From Candidatus Omnitrophota bacterium (lineage in GTDB: Bacteria; Omnitrophota; Gorgyraeia; 1-14-0-20-64-10): a stretch of DNA of 64,000 bases. The notes under the pieces were generated by a model. It had not been told where the DNA came from. It searched no databases and saw only the letters and a list, made by a program, of their open reading frames with translations. Below are positions 27,289 through 37,825 of this stretch, piece after piece. The stretch's first letter is position 1; each line of letters begins with the position of its first letter. The stretch covers positions 108 through 64,107 of the forward strand of contig JAHFFE010000003.1 in the NCBI GenBank assembly GCA_023248155.1, given 5' to 3'. The translations under genes and the position numbers were made by a program.

Positions 27289-27966
27289 ATGACGGTAAAG
27301 AATAAAGATCAAGCCGCCGCGGTTTTAGTCTCCGGCGGCGTGGAGAGCGCGGCGATGCTGTCCGATGCGCTGAAACGGTTCGAGCGTGTTTATCCGGTCT
27401 ACATTCGCAAAGGGTTTATCTGGGAGACGGTCGAGCAGGTTCATTTGAAGCGGCTGCTGAAATCATTGGCCGCTGAATCTGAAGGATTGGCGCCGCTTTC
27501 TGTGTTGGAAGCGCCGATGAAGCCTGTTTACAAGCCGCACTGGAGTCTGGGCGTGAGCCGGATTCCCGGCGCGCGCGCTCCCGATTCTGAAGTTTATCTG
27601 CCGGGCCGGAATTTGCTGTTCTTGAGTTTGGCCGGACTTTTTTGTAGTCTAAGAAGAGTGCCGGTGTTGTGGATTGGTGTTTTGAAGGGCAATCCATTTA
27701 AAGATGCGCGGCCTGCCTTCTTCAAAGGGATGGAACGGTTGATCCGCGAAGCCGCCGGAATTCCTGTTAAAATTGAAACGCCGTACTCCGCGTTGTCAAA
27801 AGGGCAGGTGATTCGCAAACACCCCGACATTGATTGGCGAATGACGTTTTCATGCTTAAATCCGGTGAATCACCGGCATTGCGGGCGCTGCCAGAAATGC
27901 GCCGAACGAAAAACCGGTTTTCGCGCGGCGGCAGTGATTGACCCGACGATCTATTCGAAAGGATGA
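27289..27966 (+). CDS. queC: 7-cyano-7-deazaguanine synthase
   Basis: AAVLVSGGVESAAML P-loop-like N-terminus and the C-terminal zinc motif CGRCQKCAERK. Confidence 0.8.
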   Translation: MTVKNKDQAAAVLVSGGVESAAMLSDALKRFERVYPVYIRKGFIWETVEQVHLKRLLKSLAAESEGLAPLSVLEAPMKPVYKPHWSLGVSRIPGARAPDSEVYLPGRNLLFLSLAGLFCSLRRVPVLWIGVLKGNPFKDARPAFFKGMERLIREAAGIPVKIETPYSALSKGQVIRKHPDIDWRMTFSCLNPVNHRHCGRCQKCAERKTGFRAAAVIDPTIYSKG

Positions 27967-27970
27967 ATTG

Positions 27971-28339
27971 ATGAGACTTTATAAGGGTGGAGTAGGCCAG
28001 GCATCATGGGCCTTGCACCGGCTGACCGGTATTGGGGTTTTATTTTTCCTGTTTACGCATATTGCCGACACGGCGCTGATCATGGTCGGGCCGGAGTGGT
28101 ACAACAAGATCATCGCGATCTACCAGATGCCGCTGTTTGGCATCTCCGAGATTTTTCTGTTTGCCGCCGTTTTATTCCACTCGCTCAACGGTCTGCGCAT
28201 CGTGATCATCGATTTCTGGCCGGAGGCCACGGTGCATCACAAACTGCTGTTTAAGGGAATGATGGGAATTTTTCTGGCGGTTTTCATTCCGGTCGCGTGG
28301 ATTATGCTGGGCCACGCACTGCATGGGGGGGCGCACTAA
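27971..28339 (+). CDS. sdhC: succinate dehydrogenase/fumarate reductase cytochrome b subunit
   Basis: ~122 aa with 3 TM helices (HRLTGIGVLFFLFTHIADTAL). Confidence 0.7.
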   Translation: MRLYKGGVGQASWALHRLTGIGVLFFLFTHIADTALIMVGPEWYNKIIAIYQMPLFGISEIFLFAAVLFHSLNGLRIVIIDFWPEATVHHKLLFKGMMGIFLAVFIPVAWIMLGHALHGGAH

Positions 28340-28740
28340 TGACTACGGCCAATAATTACGGAAGCCGTCAGCGCCCCACGCAAGGGATCGAGCGGTATGC
28401 CTGGGTTTTTATGCGTTTGTCGGGATTGGCGCTTTTGATTTTGGCGCTGGGACATTTATTCATCATGCATGTGTTCAACAGCGTGCATAACATTGATTAT
28501 AATTTTGTCGCGGCCCGTTATGAGCGTTTGTTCTGGCGCGTTTATGACATGGCGATGCTCTGGCTGGCGCTGATTCACGGCATGAATGGCCTGCGCACGA
28601 TCGTCGATGATTATACGCGCGGCGCCGTCCGCGTCTGGACAGTGCGCTCCCTCTATATCGGCGGAATATTTCTGCTGGCCGTTGGAAGCTGGGTGATTAT
28701 CTGTTTTAAGCCGGTTGCCGCTGCCGGAGGGATGCATTAA
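28339..28740 (+). CDS. sdhD: succinate dehydrogenase hydrophobic membrane anchor subunit
   Basis: ~133 aa with 3 TM helices; TAATG overlap with the upstream gene. Confidence 0.65.
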   Translation: MTTANNYGSRQRPTQGIERYAWVFMRLSGLALLILALGHLFIMHVFNSVHNIDYNFVAARYERLFWRVYDMAMLWLALIHGMNGLRTIVDDYTRGAVRVWTVRSLYIGGIFLLAVGSWVIICFKPVAAAGGMH

Positions 28741-30467
28741 TGGCCACGCATCAATTTGACGGAATTATCGTCGGGGCCGGCGGCGCTGGGTTGATGGCCG
28801 CGCTGCAGGCGTCGAAAACGGCAAAGATTGCCGTGTTATCGAAATTGTATCCGACGCGTTCGCACACGGGTGCCGCGCAGGGCGGCATCGGCGCCGCGCT
28901 GGGCAACTCAGAAGAAGACAACTGGGAATGGCACATGTTCGACACGGTCAAGGGCGGTGATTATCTCGTTGACCAGGACGCGGCCGAAATCATGTGCCAG
29001 GAGGCCGTCGAGGCCGTCTACGAACTCGAGCATATGGGCCTGCCGTTTAACCGCAATGCGGACGGCACGATCGCGCAACGGCCGTTCGGCGGTCACACGC
29101 GTGACCATGGCAAGGCGCCGGTTCGCCGTTCCTGCTATGCGGCCGACCGCACCGGGCATATGATTTTGCAGACGCTCTATCAGCAGTGCATCAAGCAGGG
29201 AGTCACGTTTTTTAACGAATATCATGTCATTGATCTGCTGACGAATAATGGCGCGGCCTGCGGCGTTGTGGCCGTTGAGATCGCCACCGGCGAAATTCAC
29301 ACATTTCACTCGAAGGGCGTGATGTTTGCCACCGGCGGATCGGGCCGCATGTTCAAGATCACTTCCAACGCGCTGACATTGACGGGTGATGGTATGGCCG
29401 TGCTTTACCGGAAGGGTCTGCCGCTGGAAGACATGGAATTTTTCCAGTTTCATCCGACGGGCATCTACAAGATGGGTATTTTAATTACCGAGGCGGCGCG
29501 CGGCGAAGGCGGTATTTTGCGCAACGGTTCGGGCGAGCGGTTCATGGAGCGGTACGCGCCGACGCTGAAAGATCTGGCGCCGCGCGACATGGTCAGCCGA
29601 GCGATCCATCAGGAACTGCGTGCCGGCAAGGGAGTTAACGGTAAAGATTATGTGCATCTGGACTTAACGCATCTGCCCGCGAAAACGATCCATGAAAAAT
29701 TGCCGGACATCACCGACTTCGTTGAAACCTACATGGGTCTCGATCCGACGAAAGATTTAATTCCGATTCAGCCGACCGCGCATTACGCGATGGGCGGAAT
29801 TCCGACGAACTCGAACGCCGAAGTAGTAATCGACGAGAAAAATACGCCGATGCCCGGTTTGTACGCGGCCGGTGAATGCGCCTGCGTTTCGGTGCATGGC
29901 GCCAATCGGTTGGGCACCAACTCGCTGGTCGACATCGTTGTGTTCGGCCGCCGCGGCGGGAAGGCGATGGCTCAGTTTGTTCAGAAGGCTGCATTGCAGC
30001 CGCTGCCGGCCGATCCGGAAGCACCGGCGCGCGCGCGGATCGATAAACTGTTCAACAGCACCGGCACCGAAGTGGTGGCGCGTATCCGCGAGGAACTGCA
30101 GGCCGAGATGATGGACAAGGCCTCGGTCTACCGCATCGAAGCCGACTTGAAGAAAATGCTGGAGATCATTGAGCATCTAAAGAAAAAGTATGAGAGCGTC
30201 CGGCTGATTGATCACGGCAAGAAATTCAATATGGAATTACTGGAGGCGTTTGAACTCGAGCATCTGCTGCAGCTGGCGCAGGTAACCGTGACGGCCGCAT
30301 TGGCGCGCAAAGAATCGCGCGGTGCGCATTCGCGCGATGATTATCCGAAGCGCGACGACGCGAATTTCTTGAAGCACAGCCTGGCGTATCCCGAGGGGTC
30401 GGGCGTGCGGCTTTCCTACAAACCGGTTTCGATCACGCGGTTTCAACCGCAGGAAAGGAAATACTAA
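28740..30467 (+). CDS. sdhA: succinate dehydrogenase/fumarate reductase flavoprotein subunit
   Basis: FAD site [16 protein letters not shown], the covalent-FAD His in [10 protein letters not shown], and the HPTG motif. Confidence 0.92.
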   Translation: MATHQFDGIIVGAGGAGLMAALQASKTAKIAVLSKLYPTRSHTGAAQGGIGAALGNSEEDNWEWHMFDTVKGGDYLVDQDAAEIMCQEAVEAVYELEHMGLPFNRNADGTIAQRPFGGHTRDHGKAPVRRSCYAADRTGHMILQTLYQQCIKQGVTFFNEYHVIDLLTNNGAACGVVAVEIATGEIHTFHSKGVMFATGGSGRMFKITSNALTLTGDGMAVLYRKGLPLEDMEFFQFHPTGIYKMGILITEAARGEGGILRNGSGERFMERYAPTLKDLAPRDMVSRAIHQELRAGKGVNGKDYVHLDLTHLPAKTIHEKLPDITDFVETYMGLDPTKDLIPIQPTAHYAMGGIPTNSNAEVVIDEKNTPMPGLYAAGECACVSVHGANRLGTNSLVDIVVFGRRGGKAMAQFVQKAALQPLPADPEAPARARIDKLFNSTGTEVVARIREELQAEMMDKASVYRIEADLKKMLEIIEHLKKKYESVRLIDHGKKFNMELLEAFELEHLLQLAQVTVTAALARKESRGAHSRDDYPKRDDANFLKHSLAYPEGSGVRLSYKPVSITRFQPQERKY

Positions 30468-30469
30468 TC

Positions 30470-31183
30470 ATGGACGTCAAGTTCAAGATTCTTCGTTTCG
30501 ATCCGGATAAGGACAAGAAACCGCACTGGGAATCGTACCAGGTGGAGATGGAGCCGACTGACCGCGTGCTTGACGGGCTTGAGCTGATCAAGGGCCGAGT
30601 GGACGGGACGCTGGGTCTGCGCCGATCCTGCGCGCACGGCGTTTGCGGTTCCGACGCGATGCTGATCAACGGCAAGAATCTGCTGGCCTGTAAAGTGCTG
30701 GTGAAAAGTTTGCCGCAGCCGATCACGATTGAACCGATGCGCGGATTTAACGTACTGCGCGATCTGATCGTCGATATGGAACCGTTCTTCGCGAAATACC
30801 GCGCCGTGAAGCCGTACTTGATCGAGAAAGACGAGCGGCCCGAGCATAAAGAACGGCTGCAGTCTCCGGCTGACCGCGAAAAGTTTGAAGACACGACCAA
30901 ATGTATTTTGTGCGGCGCCTGCACCACCAGCTGCCCGTCGTTCTGGGCCAATCCCGATTATGTCGGACCGGCCGCGATTGTTCAGGCGCACCGGTTTATA
31001 TTCGACAGCCGCGATCAGGGCAAGGAAGAACGCGTCGAAGTGCTCGACGGCCGCGACGGCGTCTGGCGCTGCCGCACCGTTTTCAACTGCGTGGAAGCCT
31101 GTCCGAAGGGAATCAATGTGACGAAGGCCATCGGCGAGGTGAAGCAAGCCTTGTCGAAAGGGGAGTTGGATCCCCCGAAATAA
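30470..31183 (+). CDS. sdhB: succinate dehydrogenase/fumarate reductase iron-sulfur subunit
   Basis: CAHGVCGSDAMLINGKNLLAC, CILCGACTTSCPS, and CRTVFNCVEACPKGI. Confidence 0.92.
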   Translation: MDVKFKILRFDPDKDKKPHWESYQVEMEPTDRVLDGLELIKGRVDGTLGLRRSCAHGVCGSDAMLINGKNLLACKVLVKSLPQPITIEPMRGFNVLRDLIVDMEPFFAKYRAVKPYLIEKDERPEHKERLQSPADREKFEDTTKCILCGACTTSCPSFWANPDYVGPAAIVQAHRFIFDSRDQGKEERVEVLDGRDGVWRCRTVFNCVEACPKGINVTKAIGEVKQALSKGELDPPK

Positions 31184-31186
31184 CGG

Positions 31187-31327
31187 ATGGCTGAAGAATC
31201 TAAATCGTCCGCCGATGAAATGGACCGTCATTTTTTCTGCCCCACCTGCGGACTAAAACTGTTCAATCGTTCCTGCAAATGGTGGTGTCCCCGCTGCGGT
31301 TACCATGAGTCCTGCGCCGATATGTAG
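31187..31327 (+). CDS. small zinc-ribbon protein (46 aa), hypothetical
   Basis: MAEESKSSADEMDRHFFCPTCGLKLFNRSCKWWCPRCGYHESCADM. Two CxxC pairs; begins 3 nt after the sdhB stop. It is below the ORF-track size cutoff. Confidence 0.4.
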   Translation: MAEESKSSADEMDRHFFCPTCGLKLFNRSCKWWCPRCGYHESCADM

Positions 31328-31365
31328 TTATTGACGGCCATTCATTTTTTAGTCATACTGATCCC

Positions 31366-34300
31366 ATGCGACGCGATTTTTTATTTGTCCGCTTTGTTGC
31401 CCTCTTTTTAATCCTTTCACAGACTTTTTCCGCCGGAGTTCAGGCAGATAGGGCTGTTTCTTCAGACGTTCTGCGCCAAATTTCGCCGCCAGAAGCCATC
31501 TCCTCATCAGCCGGTATCGCCGATTCTTTATCGGCCGGTTCCGGGTTGGAAGAAAAAGTATGGGTGAATGGGATTCTTCCTAATTTAAGGCGGACGGCAA
31601 GGAATGCCTCAGACCAAAAAATTGCTGCCGGGGTTTTGTCTCTTTTGGAGAGATGGGCGGATCGGCCGGTTGACGCGGCCGGATCTGTTCGTTCTCCTGG
31701 CCAACTTGCGCTGGAAATCGCCGCTATTTTAGGCCGGACGGAGGATATTTCCTGGCGATTGTTTTTGCAGGATCAGTTGGAACGGCTCTCTCTGTTAAGG
31801 GCTAGGGAAGGGAATGAGCAGCACCTTCAGGCCCCCTGGAACAAAAAACTTACCTCCCGTGAATATCCGGATGATTTCTTAAATACGGTTCCCCGGGAAT
31901 TAGTCAACGCGCTCTTCAAAAACCCCGATGTTGTCGCGTTAAGTTCTTTCGTTCAAACGGAAGTTCAGCCGGTTCAATGGCTTGATGTCAGAGAAGGTGC
32001 TGATCGGCTTCAGCCGACGAGTGAGCCCGGCGATTGGGTTTCGTTTTGGAGCCAGTTAAAAGACCCTGCCACCCAAATAGTCTGGGTTGGTGAAAGTTTG
32101 TTTGGTTACGCGACGGCCCGATCAACACTTCGTATTCAGGTGGTTGCGCAGGGGAAAGGACCTTTGCCGATCGGGCAAAGGGTTGCCCTGGAGATTCCAC
32201 TGGCCAATAACCACGGCAATAAGGTTCAGGTTGTTTCTCCTTCGGAGGGCATTATTTCTCGAGAGCCGGGACTGCTGATTTCGTTCTCCCAGCTATTTCT
32301 GGAGGAGGTTCCGGGCGTTTATCGGTTGAATAAGGATTTTCTGACGGAACGTCTCTTATCTGTCTGGGGAATCAGAGAATATCTTCGAAGGACAGAGGCG
32401 GGGAATCCGGAAATCGCGTTGGGCTGGGAGGCGTTGAAGCAGTATCAGGCGCAATGGGAAATTTTTATCCACGCCGAAATCAACGATCCCCAGTTGCGCG
32501 AGGCGTTGCAGATATTTGAAAAGTGGGTTTTGGATCCTGGGCAAGTTTCTCCCGCTGAGCTTGCCGATCGATTGGCTGCCGCGTCCGGGCGTTTGCCGCG
32601 GGAGACGGCGGCACAATGGGAGGACTGGATTTTCTCCCAGCGCGAAAGTTTCGCGGGGCCTGACCGGGATCCATATGAATTCTTATCCCGCCTGGCGGAG
32701 CATGTCGCCTCGGAACCAAATCCCTTAGTTATCTCAGAGCTGGCTCCATGGCTTCTCGATCAATCGAAGCCATTCATCAGAGAACATGATGCATTGGGGG
32801 AGTTGCTGGATTCCCTGGATCTCGCGGCGGCCGGGGAAACGCGGACAATGGCGGAGCAAATTCAGCAAAGAGAGCAAGGCCTGAAACGACTGGCGGAGGA
32901 TCTTTCGCTGCGAGTAGAGGAATTGCTTAATCGTCCCGAGCGGGAATGGAAAAATCTTTTATTACTGCGCCTGGGAGAGCTCAGTTATTTCCGTCATCCG
33001 GATGCGGCCTGGAACCAGCAAATGAACGAGCCGGCTCAATCGGAGGAAAGCATCCTCGATGCGATCCGCGGATTGATCAGATTCCCTCCGGCGGATTCCT
33101 TATCCGTTGGGCATTTTCTCGCGGACATTCAGAAGAGACCTCTCTCCGGAGTCCGAATGGAGAGCGAAACGGGTTCCGGCCGTTTTGTGATGGGAGAAGC
33201 CGCGTCGCTGGCCGAAGCGGTTTCAAGAAGCCCGGAAGTTCGTTTGGTTTCTGATTTTCTGGAACTTGACCCCTCGAATGGTTCTTCCATCGAATTGCTT
33301 GTTCGGCTGGGAAGAGATTTCCAGAGTGCTTCGGCGGGGCAATGGATCCGGGTTCAAATTCCTCCCCGTTTTGGCGGGGGATTCGGCCGGGACAAAGGTC
33401 CGGTGACTTCGCGTGAACTCAACGCAGTCCGTTCGATTCGCGTTGATCCGTCCGATCTCTTTTTTGTATGGAGGGGGCGCCTCTACATCGACGGTGGCTA
33501 CCTGTCGACGGTCTATTTAACTCTGCATAATTTATTGGAGCAGAATCGCATCGAACAGGGCGGAACGGATTCCGCGGCGAATGAGCAGGCGCTGCGTTTC
33601 AAGACCCTTCTTGATTTTGATCAACACCAGGAACAGATTCGTATCCGGTTCCTGCATCAAACGCTGCTGGATGGTCTTCGGGCGTATCAGGAATTTGTGC
33701 ATGGCCGAAGCGGGGTTTCTGTCGCGCTGGCCGTCTATGGAGCGCTGGCCCCTACCGATATGGATATTCTCGAGAGGGAACTCCAGAAAGAGGAGCCGCA
33801 TTGGCCCACCGTGCTCCGTTATCTGCTGGCGCTTCAACAGGGAATCTATCGTTTCCTTGAAGATCACAAGCATTCCGTCCCTGGAACGCGCCGGCTGAAT
33901 CAACAGCTCGAGCTAGTGGACGCGATGTTGGATGATCTTTTATTGAATCGGCCTGAACTGGCCCGAGAGACTTCGGCTTCCGTCCGTTCTTTTAAGCGTT
34001 CGCCCTGGTTGTCGTTTGCCGCCGGCGTCGCGGCAGGGGGAGTGGTTGCCGTAGGAATGCGCCGGACCCCGCCTACCGTTGTTACGACAAGAACTGTGGA
34101 GAGCGAATTAGCCGCCCCGCATCTTTCTGTTGGGCTTAAGACGGATGCCGAAGACAGCCGCGGAAGAAGGCCGGCGCTCAATCCGGGGCAGGTCCGTTTT
34201 CGCCTGCCTGTTCCCGGCGCGGACATTCTCAATGTCGTGGAAAATCATCTGCTGGTGGCTGCTCTTTACCAGAAAGATCCGGAGGGTCGCTATCGGTTGG

Positions 34301-37300
34301 TTTCCCGGCGGGATGCGGATCCTTCCGAGAGCCGTGTGGTTGATTTCCGTTTAAATCCGGATCAGCTAAGGCAGGATCAGGAACTGATCGCCGTTACGTT
34401 CCCGGCCGAATGGGTGACAAATTCCGGCCTGCCGAATTCTTTCCAGCAGATTTCTGATTTAACGCATGAAGAAATCGGCGCCTGGGTGGCCGCGCGCGTT
34501 TCGAATGGATCCGCGCCCGAAATTCTGCTGGACCAATCGAGGACCATCCTTCCCGTCCAGGTGACCCGAGCTCCCGAGGGAGATTTTCAGCAGGCTCAAT
34601 TTCCAAATCAGATCGCGGCGTTGATGCAGGGTCTGTCGTACGCGATTTATCAGAGGCAGGAAGGCGCTTCACCGGGATATCGCCAGGTTGGCAGCGGCCT
34701 GTTTCAGGCCGATGCGCCATTAAGCGTTCCTTCGGGAGGATTAGCGCTTCTTTTGCCGCGGGAATCGACCGCTCAGCCGCCTCCGTTTCTGGAGGCGCTG
34801 AACCAGCTGGCCGACGGATTGGTCGTCCGGATTTTCGGATCGAAAGCTCTTTTGGCGCATGCGCGGTCATCCGTTTTAAATTCAGGGCTGGAAGAAAAAG
34901 GGGTGATTCAGAGATTGTCGCCGATTAAAACGGAGAGTGATCTTTTTGTCGGAGATTGGGTTGCTTGGAGTTTGCCCGGGCAAACTTCGCCCGATTATTT
35001 TGAAGTTCAAGCGATTAATTCGGACGGCGCAGAGATTTTGCCGATTTCCAACGAGACGGGCATTGACGCCGCGGCGGCTCCGGCATTTGTTTCCTGGCAG
35101 GATCTGAAGCGTTTTTACCGCTCGATGCCGATGGCGGTGGGGCAGGCCTTCTTTTATCTGAATCTTTATCAGCGTTTATCTTTGGACGAACTGCCTTCGG
35201 CCGAGCCGATGCTGAAGATGCTTCAGCAAGAAACAATTTCTCTTTCCCAGATTACCCGGCAAACAGAATCGGCCTGGAGCGCGCTGCGGTCCGTTTGGGT
35301 GAACGGCGGCTATGCCCGATTGAGCGGTCTGCTTAAATTGGGAACTGATGCCGTTGACGCGCCGGTTATTCAGGCCGCTTCCGGCCCTCATTTTTCACCC
35401 TCGGCTTCTCACCGGGTCAGCGCCAACCAATTGGCCGCGAGCGCGGTTTTGTCAGTATTGGACTCCATGAAGTTTGGGGATGACCCGGATGATGCCGTGG
35501 GAAACGCGGGAGCTGTGGTTGGGTTTGGAAACGAAGGCAGTTTAGAAGCAACTGTTATTCCGGAGCAGTCTTCCTCCCAGGTTATTTCCGGTTCAGGCTG
35601 GGTTGATTCGGTTCCGATTGAAGCTACGGCGGATTCTTCACCGGATCCGGCTCTTCAGCTCGATTCTTCCGTTCCTCCCGTCGCGATTGCTGAGTTGTCA
35701 GCGCCTCCTTCCGGTGTTGTTGAAAGTGATTTACAGGATGGTTCTACGCGGGGAATTGCCGCTGGAGAGACTCCGCCGGGCCGTGTTTTTCCTTCGACGG
35801 CATCTTCTCTGTTGCCGGTGCTCGCTGAAGCAGCCGGTGTTCCTTCCATTGGCAAGATGAAAGCGGGAGATCTTTTCGAGTTGTTATCCGATACGCTTCC
35901 GACGAAAGAAGCGCCGCTTCAACTGTTATCTCAGCAGGGTTCTTTATTGTCCGCGGTGAACGCGTTGGTTTCGGAACCGATTCCTTCTGATGAACGGTCA
36001 AAAATCGCCCGGCTAGAAATACTGAATAATTTACTGCATCGTTCCTTGGTCGGTTTGAATTTACTGGCCCTTGAGCCGAGGGCTCTTCCGGATGATTCGG
36101 AAAAGATAATGACCAAAGCGATTTATTTAAGGCGCCAAGCGCTGGTTCAATCCGGATTAGCGGTTAATCCGGCCGCCTCTTTGGAAAAAACCCGACTGCA
36201 GCGGTGGGCCGCCGGCGCGGGAGGAGGGCTAACGCGACGGGAACTGCTTTCTGGTGGCGCCGGGGCTCCGTTGGGATGGGCTGCTTCGGCATTAATTCCT
36301 TTGGCCCGGGCTGAACAAAGAGAAGTCACCGTAGAGGTTCCGAGGCAAATTCCCGTGCTAAACGGCAAGGTGCTTTTAAAACCGGAGGAACAAAAAATCC
36401 TGATCCCGATTCCTCGTTCCCGCGCTGAACAGGTGGCGAATATCCGGCGCCCCCGCTCGGATGATCTGGTGGTTCTTTACCGCTATGATCCGGATTTAAA
36501 AAAGTATATCAAGATCGGGGAAACGCTGGTTTTTTCAGACGAATCTATTCCCGTGGATGGGGAACGGGTGGCTGAAATTAATTTTGAGGACGGCAAAGAA
36601 GTAAACTCTTTGGGCGGGCTTTTGGTCGCGGTTTATCCGGCGGAGGAGCAGGCGGATCTGCTGGAGGTCATTGATTTGGAATCGGCCGGTTCCCGCCCGT
36701 CGGTGACTGCCTTGAAAAAGAAATTGGGAGATCAGCTGAAGACTCCAAAACATGTTCATCCCACATTGTACGATGTTGTGCTGGACGGAAAACTGGACCG
36801 GCTTTTTGATTACCGGCCATTGGCTTTACATCTGGAAAATTCACCGCGCGTTGTTGAGCAAGGGGAGCGGCTCGAGTTTCGTCTGCCTCCGGGGCTGCGG
36901 CGGCGCGCGGAGGGTTTTTCGGCCGTGGCTTTTCAATTTATCCAGTACTCAGAGAAAGAGGATGGACCCAAGAAAACGGTTTTACTTCCACAATCTATTT
37001 CGCGAATCTCAGATGAGGGCTGGCTTTCCTTTGGCCGGAATCAGCAGGAAAATTTACCTCCGGGCGTTCCAAATTCAAATGGCTGGGAGAAAAGTACTCC
37101 TATCGTGTTAGTATTCTCCAACGAATTTCTGGCGCAGCAGGCATTTCAAGGGGCTGTCACTGTTTGGCGGAAGGGAAAACCGATTCGCTCCGTTGATTTT
37201 CGGCTTTTCCCGCAGGCTTCCTTTGGTTTTCTCGTACAAAAAAGGGGTTCCAATAACAGTCTCCAAATTTATTGGGAAGGACGAACGCCTCAGCAAGAGA

Positions 37301-37821
37301 AACCGCCGGTGGTTGCGGTTCCTAAAAGCGGCCTTGAAGAATCTGTTTCTGTGGGGATATTGCCCCTGGATCAGGCGCGGCGGTTTGATCCGGCTGCGCG
37401 CGGCGGCATCCTTTTGCCTTTGCCCGATGAAGCAGGGCTTGAAGAATCCGCGGCTGTCATCGCTGATAACGGACTGTCTCCGGTAGCCGGGGTGCCTTGG
37501 ATAGGCGGCGGATCGGGCGTTAGTCAGGTGCTCGCGAAAGCAATCGGCATGAACGCACAGCCGGGACAAAACCTTGTGCTGGTGATGGCCTCTCCCGGTG
37601 TAACAGCTGAATCTGTTCAAGCGGTTCTCAGCGCGGAACGTCTCGATTCTTTCCCGCGGGTTGTGGTTGCTTCGCCGGAGCAGGTTACTCAATTTACGCG
37701 GCAGACAATTTCCAGGTTGGCTGCTGTTTCTCCGGCGCTGCCCCCGGTCGTAGTTTTGGTGGTCGCGCAAAGGGTTCAATCGGAGTCCGGCCAACAGTTT
37801 ACTTTACTGATCTGGGCGTAA
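31366..37821 (+). CDS. giant secreted hypothetical protein (2151 aa)
   Basis: Signal peptide MRRDFLFVRFVALFLILSQTFSAGVQA. The rest is a very long uninterrupted ORF with no recognisable catalytic motif and a Ser/Pro/Ala/Asp-rich low-complexity region around aa 1380-1500. Confidence 0.6.
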   Translation: MRRDFLFVRFVALFLILSQTFSAGVQADRAVSSDVLRQISPPEAISSSAGIADSLSAGSGLEEKVWVNGILPNLRRTARNASDQKIAAGVLSLLERWADRPVDAAGSVRSPGQLALEIAAILGRTEDISWRLFLQDQLERLSLLRAREGNEQHLQAPWNKKLTSREYPDDFLNTVPRELVNALFKNPDVVALSSFVQTEVQPVQWLDVREGADRLQPTSEPGDWVSFWSQLKDPATQIVWVGESLFGYATARSTLRIQVVAQGKGPLPIGQRVALEIPLANNHGNKVQVVSPSEGIISREPGLLISFSQLFLEEVPGVYRLNKDFLTERLLSVWGIREYLRRTEAGNPEIALGWEALKQYQAQWEIFIHAEINDPQLREALQIFEKWVLDPGQVSPAELADRLAAASGRLPRETAAQWEDWIFSQRESFAGPDRDPYEFLSRLAEHVASEPNPLVISELAPWLLDQSKPFIREHDALGELLDSLDLAAAGETRTMAEQIQQREQGLKRLAEDLSLRVEELLNRPEREWKNLLLLRLGELSYFRHPDAAWNQQMNEPAQSEESILDAIRGLIRFPPADSLSVGHFLADIQKRPLSGVRMESETGSGRFVMGEAASLAEAVSRSPEVRLVSDFLELDPSNGSSIELLVRLGRDFQSASAGQWIRVQIPPRFGGGFGRDKGPVTSRELNAVRSIRVDPSDLFFVWRGRLYIDGGYLSTVYLTLHNLLEQNRIEQGGTDSAANEQALRFKTLLDFDQHQEQIRIRFLHQTLLDGLRAYQEFVHGRSGVSVALAVYGALAPTDMDILERELQKEEPHWPTVLRYLLALQQGIYRFLEDHKHSVPGTRRLNQQLELVDAMLDDLLLNRPELARETSASVRSFKRSPWLSFAAGVAAGGVVAVGMRRTPPTVVTTRTVESELAAPHLSVGLKTDAEDSRGRRPALNPGQVRFRLPVPGADILNVVENHLLVAALYQKDPEGRYRLVSRRDADPSESRVVDFRLNPDQLRQDQELIAVTFPAEWVTNSGLPNSFQQISDLTHEEIGAWVAARVSNGSAPEILLDQSRTILPVQVTRAPEGDFQQAQFPNQIAALMQGLSYAIYQRQEGASPGYRQVGSGLFQADAPLSVPSGGLALLLPRESTAQPPPFLEALNQLADGLVVRIFGSKALLAHARSSVLNSGLEEKGVIQRLSPIKTESDLFVGDWVAWSLPGQTSPDYFEVQAINSDGAEILPISNETGIDAAAAPAFVSWQDLKRFYRSMPMAVGQAFFYLNLYQRLSLDELPSAEPMLKMLQQETISLSQITRQTESAWSALRSVWVNGGYARLSGLLKLGTDAVDAPVIQAASGPHFSPSASHRVSANQLAASAVLSVLDSMKFGDDPDDAVGNAGAVVGFGNEGSLEATVIPEQSSSQVISGSGWVDSVPIEATADSSPDPALQLDSSVPPVAIAELSAPPSGVVESDLQDGSTRGIAAGETPPGRVFPSTASSLLPVLAEAAGVPSIGKMKAGDLFELLSDTLPTKEAPLQLLSQQGSLLSAVNALVSEPIPSDERSKIARLEILNNLLHRSLVGLNLLALEPRALPDDSEKIMTKAIYLRRQALVQSGLAVNPAASLEKTRLQRWAAGAGGGLTRRELLSGGAGAPLGWAASALIPLARAEQREVTVEVPRQIPVLNGKVLLKPEEQKILIPIPRSRAEQVANIRRPRSDDLVVLYRYDPDLKKYIKIGETLVFSDESIPVDGERVAEINFEDGKEVNSLGGLLVAVYPAEEQADLLEVIDLESAGSRPSVTALKKKLGDQLKTPKHVHPTLYDVVLDGKLDRLFDYRPLALHLENSPRVVEQGERLEFRLPPGLRRRAEGFSAVAFQFIQYSEKEDGPKKTVLLPQSISRISDEGWLSFGRNQQENLPPGVPNSNGWEKSTPIVLVFSNEFLAQQAFQGAVTVWRKGKPIRSVDFRLFPQASFGFLVQKRGSNNSLQIYWEGRTPQQEKPPVVAVPKSGLEESVSVGILPLDQARRFDPAARGGILLPLPDEAGLEESAAVIADNGLSPVAGVPWIGGGSGVSQVLAKAIGMNAQPGQNLVLVMASPGVTAESVQAVLSAERLDSFPRVVVASPEQVTQFTRQTISRLAAVSPALPPVVVLVVAQRVQSESGQQFTLLIWA

Positions 37822-37825
37822 TTTT

